Notes under the pieces: generated by a model
Databases searched by the model: none
The model's input: the letters and a program-made list of their open reading frames with translations, nothing else
Told to the model about the DNA's origin: nothing
Source of the DNA: an uncultured virus (IMG/VR IMGVR_UViG_3300010157_000056)
Lineage: Duplodnaviria > Heunggongvirae > Uroviricota > Caudoviricetes
IMG/VR virus record: IMGVR_UViG_3300010157_000056
Coordinates: 1-64,000 of that record
Direction: 5' to 3' (one strand)
Length of the DNA stretch: 64,000 bases
Program-made: the position numbers and the translations under genes
Part shown: piece by piece, positions 60,801 to 64,000 of the stretch
Numbering within the stretch: the first letter of the stretch is position 1
Layout: every line of letters begins with the position of its first letter

Positions 60801-61418
60801 TGTTAATGAAGTAGATGCTACAGACTGGGTAGCTACCAAAGTTGGAATAACTGGGCCAGTTACAGTTAAATTAAACGATGCTCCGGAAGTTTGACCACCT
60901 GCATCAGTAAATGTAACTATAAAAGTAGTACCGGCAATTGCTACAGTGGGTGTACCTGAAATTGTAACATCTACTGAATTATACAATCTTGGAACGCTAT
61001 CTGCACCTGTTACCGACTTAACGGTTAGAGTAGTACTCAATGTTAAACCTGCAGGTAATGCAGGACTAATTGTTGCTGTTAATCCAGTTACCGTAGCGCC
61101 AGTGACAGTATAAGACGATGCAACGGCTGCACCACCGTAAGCAGTTACTGGTACAAATGAAGTACTTTGGTCTTTAGTTAAAGATGTATTACTGACTAAT
61201 GTTGATGCAATTACTGGTGGACCGCCATTAATCGACGCACTAATTCCTCCTACTGCTGGTGGTGTTGTATACTTTGTCCAGGCATTCTTTTTAGTAATTG
61301 CATTGTATGTTAGCTGTACAGGTGCGCCGTTTTGGCTTACCCATATGTCATTTAATACAAATTGAGATAAGACTGTATTAGGTTGAGTAGTGGGATAGGG
61401 ATAAAAGAAAATTGCCAT
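54897..61418 (-). CDS. Large Ig-like (He_PIG-type) repeat protein with a C-terminal GYTGS block
   Basis: About 20 ~95-aa repeats of the form TGG.G.LxYSxSPxLPxGLxFNxxxGxISGTP...YTVTVTD. Confidence 0.88.
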   Translation of the reverse strand: MAIFFYPYPTTQPNTVLSQFVLNDIWVSQNGAPVQLTYNAITKKNAWTKYTTPPAVGGISASINGGPPVIASTLVSNTSLTKDQSTSFVPVTAYGGAAVASSYTVTGATVTGLTATISPALPAGLTLSTTLTVKSVTGADSVPRLYNSVDVTISGTPTVAIAGTTFIVTFTDAGGQTSGASFNLTVTGPVIPTLVATQSVASTSLTKNVAAAAFTPVTGSGGQNPLSYGVSPSLPAGLSFNSTNGQITGTPTVALSATTFTVTVTDSLGQTASNTFSLTVVNPPALVLSQSVTTKDLTQNVAITAFIPVSATGGYGTLTYSISPTLPAGLSFSIVTGQISGTPTVSSAANNYTVTITDTLAQSVNATFSLSVTPAQVITVQAVPNTTLTQKIVATEFTPVTGSGGTGTLTYAVSPSLPTGLSFNSSNGLISGTPTVTSGLTVYTVTVTDSQTQTSSKTFSLTVNAPPALSTTQAIATKSLSQNAVATPFIPVTATGGVPSLVFAISPALPAGLTFSSTTGQVSGTPSVATIATTYTVTVTDAVAQTSSKTFLLNVDAVSLTTTLVVPTTVLLQNDLAASFTPVTGSGGIGTLNYAVSPALPTGLTFNTNNGLISGTPTVILATTNFTVTVTDSNNIPQSSSKTFSLTVNPKAVVTVQAVPSTVITQNISITPFIPVTASGGTGTLTYAVSPALPTGLSFNTVNGQISGNSGSVLSQTTYTVTVTDSNTVPQSSSKTFTLTVNALPALTTTLVQATATLTQNTAVTAFIPVTGTGGYGTLAYSISPALPSGLSFNTSNGQVTGTPSVLSGTTNYIVTVTDGASQSSNKTFSLTVNAGPIVTTVLVAAQTITQYILATTFKPVNGTGGYGTLLYSVSPTLPSGLNLNSSTGFITGTPTVVQGATTYTITVTDSVPQTSSKTFTLTVEAPPAISTVLAVPTSALTIGVAASAFTPVTATGGYGTLSYAIGTSLPGGLIFNTSTGVVSGTPTVISSSNPYTVTVTDTLSQLSSKTFSLSVSYPLLSTTQVIATKTITQNIDTASFTPVTYTGGYGAVAYSIAPALPSGLAINTSTGLISGIAITSSTVALYTVTATDAAAQTSSKGFSLTVLPEPPPPAVVATLSTSSYSFVKNVAVTTFTPVVGSGGKGTLSYSIDIGLPSGLTFIPTTGQILGTPTGTSNTTTYSVTVTDSISQTASKSFSIYVAPPPPPPALVVTATIVTKTLIKNVAATAFIPVTATGGVGAYTFNVSPSLPTGLTFLSSNGQIIGTPSSTSSTATYSITVADTVPQYNTATFLLNVINPPALATTATAATFSLQKDVTISAFYPVTATGGYGTLTYSISPTLPSGLSFNSTNGQVTGTPTIYNASTSYTITVTDQAAQSSSTAVSISVIPASLVTTLAVTSSTFVNGVTITAVTPVTATGGYTPYTYEISSPLPTGLAFSTSTGQITGKPTASISATPFTITVKDFGVTQASSKVYTLTVNNPPALVTVQDVPTVSLTRYVDVANVSPVSASGGYGTISFAITPTLPSGLSFNASNGKITGTPTQLDNRVYTITAADSLGQTSSKTFTLSVVPVPIVTTLAVASKNLQVLELATPFTPVTATGGSGTLTWAIDKLLPSGLTISTSTGLISGTPSVISSLTNYAVTVSDASTSSSKTFSLLIDFLPLTVEQLITVNTLTQNVAAVAFKPVNAIGGVGTLVYSTVPSLQAGLSINTSTGYISGTPTIVTAGTVYSVVATDTISNVNSSTFTLVVNAPPALTTTVTTSSISLTVNNGVVPNIRPILGTGGYGSLRYSLNNSPIFPQGLTFNTSTGYISGTPTLLGSVQTYTVTVRDDLSQVSTQTFNLQVIPLPITITVPYPTAALTQYTQVTPFVPVVGTLGYGALTYSINPPLSTGLNFDINTGEVSGTPTSTVGDAVHYVTVTDQAGQNNTGTTTIVISDNPPPTLLAVLQSSYIALTLGELSETIPVTGSSGYGTYSYSISPSQLPAGLTFNTVNGLISGTPTAVFTSTSFTITVTDGVPQTAIQSFNLAVIEAIVTQGKGYTGSRGYTGSIGVGYTGSKGNIGYIGSFGYTGSIGYTGSAGQNGYTGSASTASGYTGSIGAGYTGSVGNTGTGYTGSIGIGYTGSRGYVGSKGEKGDPGTGGGGGYFGNFDGGQPDSNYGGITSIDAGGV

Positions 61419-61435
61419 AACTTAATATTTATTGA

Positions 61436-63478
61436 TTAAGCGTAGACAGTTAAATCCTGCCAGTCGTAATATCCACCGTAATCTACTAAAATCATAATAG
61501 TTCCAGCATATACGCTCCAGTAAAAATCACCGGGTAGTAATGTAGCAAAAAATATATCATAATCCGGAGCATTAATAAAGTCGTCATCAATTATCATTCT
61601 AGGAGCACGGCCGCTTTGTGTTGCCCCGTTAGCAAAAGTAATTACTCCAGTTGGTCCAATTGTTAAGTTTGCAAATATAACACTGCTGGTAGTGTTTAAA
61701 TCTTGATTAGCACCAGGTCCTCGACTACCTGCATAACCTATGCTACCGTCGTATCCAATTACACCATCGGTACCTTTACTACCTACATAGCCTACGCCAA
61801 TACTACCAGTGTATCCATTACTGCCAGAATATCCAGTGGATCCAGAATATCCTAAATCTCCTTTACTACCAGTGTATCCTAATCCACCAACACTACCAGT
61901 ATATCCATCACGTCCAACACTACCTGTGTATCCGTTGCTACCAGTATAACCTAAGTCTCCTTTGCTACCAGTGTATCCTAATCCACCAATGCTACCTGAG
62001 TAGCCGTCACGGCCAACACTACCTGTGTATCCGTTGCTACCAGTATAACCTAATCCACCAATACTACCAGTGTATCCTAATCCACCGATGCTACCAGTGT
62101 ATCCATCTTGGCCAACACTACCTGAATATCCTAAACTTCCAGTATAACCTAATCCACCAATACTACCAGTGTATCCTAATCCACCAATGCTACCACTGTA
62201 ACCTAAATCACCTTTGCTACCACTGTAACCTATACTTCCAGAGTATCCGACACTTCCAACAAACCCATCAGCTCCCTGTGGGCCTGTTATATTTCCTACA
62301 TCGGCCCAGGCAGCACCATTCCATATTGCCAAATGACCGTTATATGATAATATATAACCATCACCTAATGCGCCGGTTGGATGTGCTGCTGCCAATGCAG
62401 TCAGATCATAGTAAGTACCTAAGATAGTAACTGATGTGCCGTCAGTTCCTTTACTACCCGCATATCCCACTCCAATACTACCAGTATAACCCGAATTACC
62501 TGTACTGCCGGCATATCCAAGTGATCCAGTATATCCTAAATCACCAATACTACCAGTGAAACCAATTTCACCTATACTACCCGAGTAGCCGTCGCGGCCA
62601 ACGCTACCTGTATAGCCAGTTGATCCAGAGTATCCTAACTCGCCTTTACTACCACTGTAACCTAAACTACCAATACTACCTGTATATCCATCGCGGCCAA
62701 CACTACCTGTATAGCCAATTGACCCTGCATAGCCTATACCAAGAGAACCGGTGTAACCTAACTGACCAACAGAGCCAGTGTAACCCACTCCTATACTACC
62801 AGTATAACCTTCGCTACCAGTATAGCCCGCATCACCTTTACTACCGGCATATCCTATATCCCCAACTGATCCAGTATAGCCATTGCTACCAGTATATCCA
62901 ATTGAGCCGGTATAGCCATTGCTACCAGTATAACCGTAACTACCAGTATAACCAACACTACCCGTATAACCTATTGATCCGTTATATCCTGCACTACCTG
63001 TATATCCTGTACTGCCAGTATAACCAATACTACCTGTAAATCCTGTACCACCTGTTGGACCTTTAATCTCGCCTGCATCAACCCAGGCGCTCCCAGTCCA
63101 CACCCATAAATGTCCAAGGTCTTGTGTAATGTATCCATCACCAATATCACCAGTATATCCAGCTGGTAAACTACCTGCTGTTACAACACTACCTACAATT
63201 TTTACTGATGTACCGGGATTTCCCTTACTACCTAAATAACCACTACTACCAGTATACCCAGTTGTATATTTTTCTATTAGATCAGTATCTAATATTCCAT
63301 CCTTAAACCAATATTCTGTTAGTATATTGGATAGGACAACACCAATAACAAGACCTTGATATCGTTGGAATGCAGGAATTATAGCCAATGCAACTGCGGT
63401 ACTTGCATAGGGACCGTACCGACTATCAACTGCCTTAGCAGCTGAAATATTTAAATTGTCATTTAATAATATTGACAT
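61436..63478 (-). CDS. Collagen-like GYTGSx repeat fibre protein
   Basis: Long GYTGS/GYSGS/GYAGS runs interrupted by GDGYI..GHLxxWxGxAWxDxGxIxGP knobs. Confidence 0.88.
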   Translation of the reverse strand: MSILLNDNLNISAAKAVDSRYGPYASTAVALAIIPAFQRYQGLVIGVVLSNILTEYWFKDGILDTDLIEKYTTGYTGSSGYLGSKGNPGTSVKIVGSVVTAGSLPAGYTGDIGDGYITQDLGHLWVWTGSAWVDAGEIKGPTGGTGFTGSIGYTGSTGYTGSAGYNGSIGYTGSVGYTGSYGYTGSNGYTGSIGYTGSNGYTGSVGDIGYAGSKGDAGYTGSEGYTGSIGVGYTGSVGQLGYTGSLGIGYAGSIGYTGSVGRDGYTGSIGSLGYSGSKGELGYSGSTGYTGSVGRDGYSGSIGEIGFTGSIGDLGYTGSLGYAGSTGNSGYTGSIGVGYAGSKGTDGTSVTILGTYYDLTALAAAHPTGALGDGYILSYNGHLAIWNGAAWADVGNITGPQGADGFVGSVGYSGSIGYSGSKGDLGYSGSIGGLGYTGSIGGLGYTGSLGYSGSVGQDGYTGSIGGLGYTGSIGGLGYTGSNGYTGSVGRDGYSGSIGGLGYTGSKGDLGYTGSNGYTGSVGRDGYTGSVGGLGYTGSKGDLGYSGSTGYSGSNGYTGSIGVGYVGSKGTDGVIGYDGSIGYAGSRGPGANQDLNTTSSVIFANLTIGPTGVITFANGATQSGRAPRMIIDDDFINAPDYDIFFATLLPGDFYWSVYAGTIMILVDYGGYYDWQDLTVYA

Positions 63479-63484
63479 ATTTTT

Positions 63485-64000
63485 TTAAGTATTAGTAAAC
63501 TGTATTATACCATCTGTATTAGTAGCACCACTGCTAATATATACTTTAAATGACACACCTGACCAAAAACTATCAGGTGATGAAACTGATTGTGTAACTG
63601 GAGATAGAATAAAATTACCTGCACCTATGTTACCTTGATTTAACTGTGTGTTGAACCATTTTGTTTTAGAAGTATAAGATGCTGCATGTGCCATCCATAC
63701 ATATTGTCCTGCTGCCGCAAAAGTAACTGAAACAGTTCCGCTAGCATCTAACAATACCTTGTTAGTTGATCCTGCTAATATTGCTGCTGCGATACTTGCT
63801 GTGGTCGGCAATGTATTTGACTTGCCCCAGAAGTACGGATATATACCTGTAACTGTTAAACTATTGCTACTAATAGATGATGCTGACTGAGGAGCATTTG
63901 TGTTTCTTACCTGTGCAGTACGAGTATCAGTAACATTTTTGTTGTTCTTCTTAGCACTACCTGCTGAATAAGTACCTGTACCACTCCAAACTGTATTTCC
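63485..64000 (-). CDS. 3' part of a virion protein entering from the window edge
   Basis: The frame is open from 64000 (GNTVWSGTG...GIYPYFWGKSNTLPTT) through the listed 63485-63811 ORF. Confidence 0.75.
   Translation of the reverse strand, partial: GNTVWSGTGTYSAGSAKKNNKNVTDTRTAQVRNTNAPQSASSISSNSLTVTGIYPYFWGKSNTLPTTASIAAAILAGSTNKVLLDASGTVSVTFAAAGQYVWMAHAASYTSKTKWFNTQLNQGNIGAGNFILSPVTQSVSSPDSFWSGVSFKVYISSGATNTDGIIQFTNT

Noticed and set aside
61720..63040. Ice-nucleation protein or CRISPR-like DNA repeat
   Set aside because: The period is a coding Gly-x-x hexapeptide with synonymous variation; it lacks the AGYGSTxT octapeptide/16-mer period and has no unique spacers
24900..63100. Many short antisense or alternate-frame ORFs (Pro-, His-, Val- or Tyr/Gln-rich)
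   Set aside because: These are shadows of GGT-rich and GYTGS repeat codons inside long fibre genes

Overview
This is an AT-rich, densely packed fragment of a large T4-like tailed dsDNA phage, almost entirely on the minus strand. The assignment rests on class Ia nrdA/nrdB plus glutaredoxin, recurring T4-late-type (A)TAAATA promoter boxes and a giant tail-fibre region. From left to right it holds: the 3' acceptor piece of a tmRNA with no 5' piece in the window; a candidate small RNA; a TIGR02594/NlpC-P60-like cell-wall hydrolase; glutaredoxin, nrdB and nrdA; an Mtd-N/beta-helix protein; a PD-(D/E)XK exonuclease; and a block of probable head/structural proteins. Next comes a small plus-strand island (DUF3563-like protein, GNAT, hypothetical) interrupted by a GIY-YIG/NUMOD3 homing endonuclease. 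After it are an alpha/beta hydrolase, an HExxH metallopeptidase, a second GNAT, a secreted non-specific nuclease with one in-frame TAA, an FkbM methyltransferase and a 1352-aa multi-glycosyltransferase/FkbM fusion. The last ~40 kb encode fibre/adhesin proteins (Gly-rich modules, LamG domains, GYTGSx collagen-like repeats, Ig-like repeats), one of them frameshifted. The most notable leads are: four phycobiliprotein-like CxRD repeats in a virion protein; a possible fibre glycosylation system; an apparently permuted tmRNA followed directly by an ORF; enzymes with putative capsid-targeting leaders; nested LamG/Gly-rich domains; and a PhaR-like operator. All family assignments come from motif recognition by eye, not database searches.
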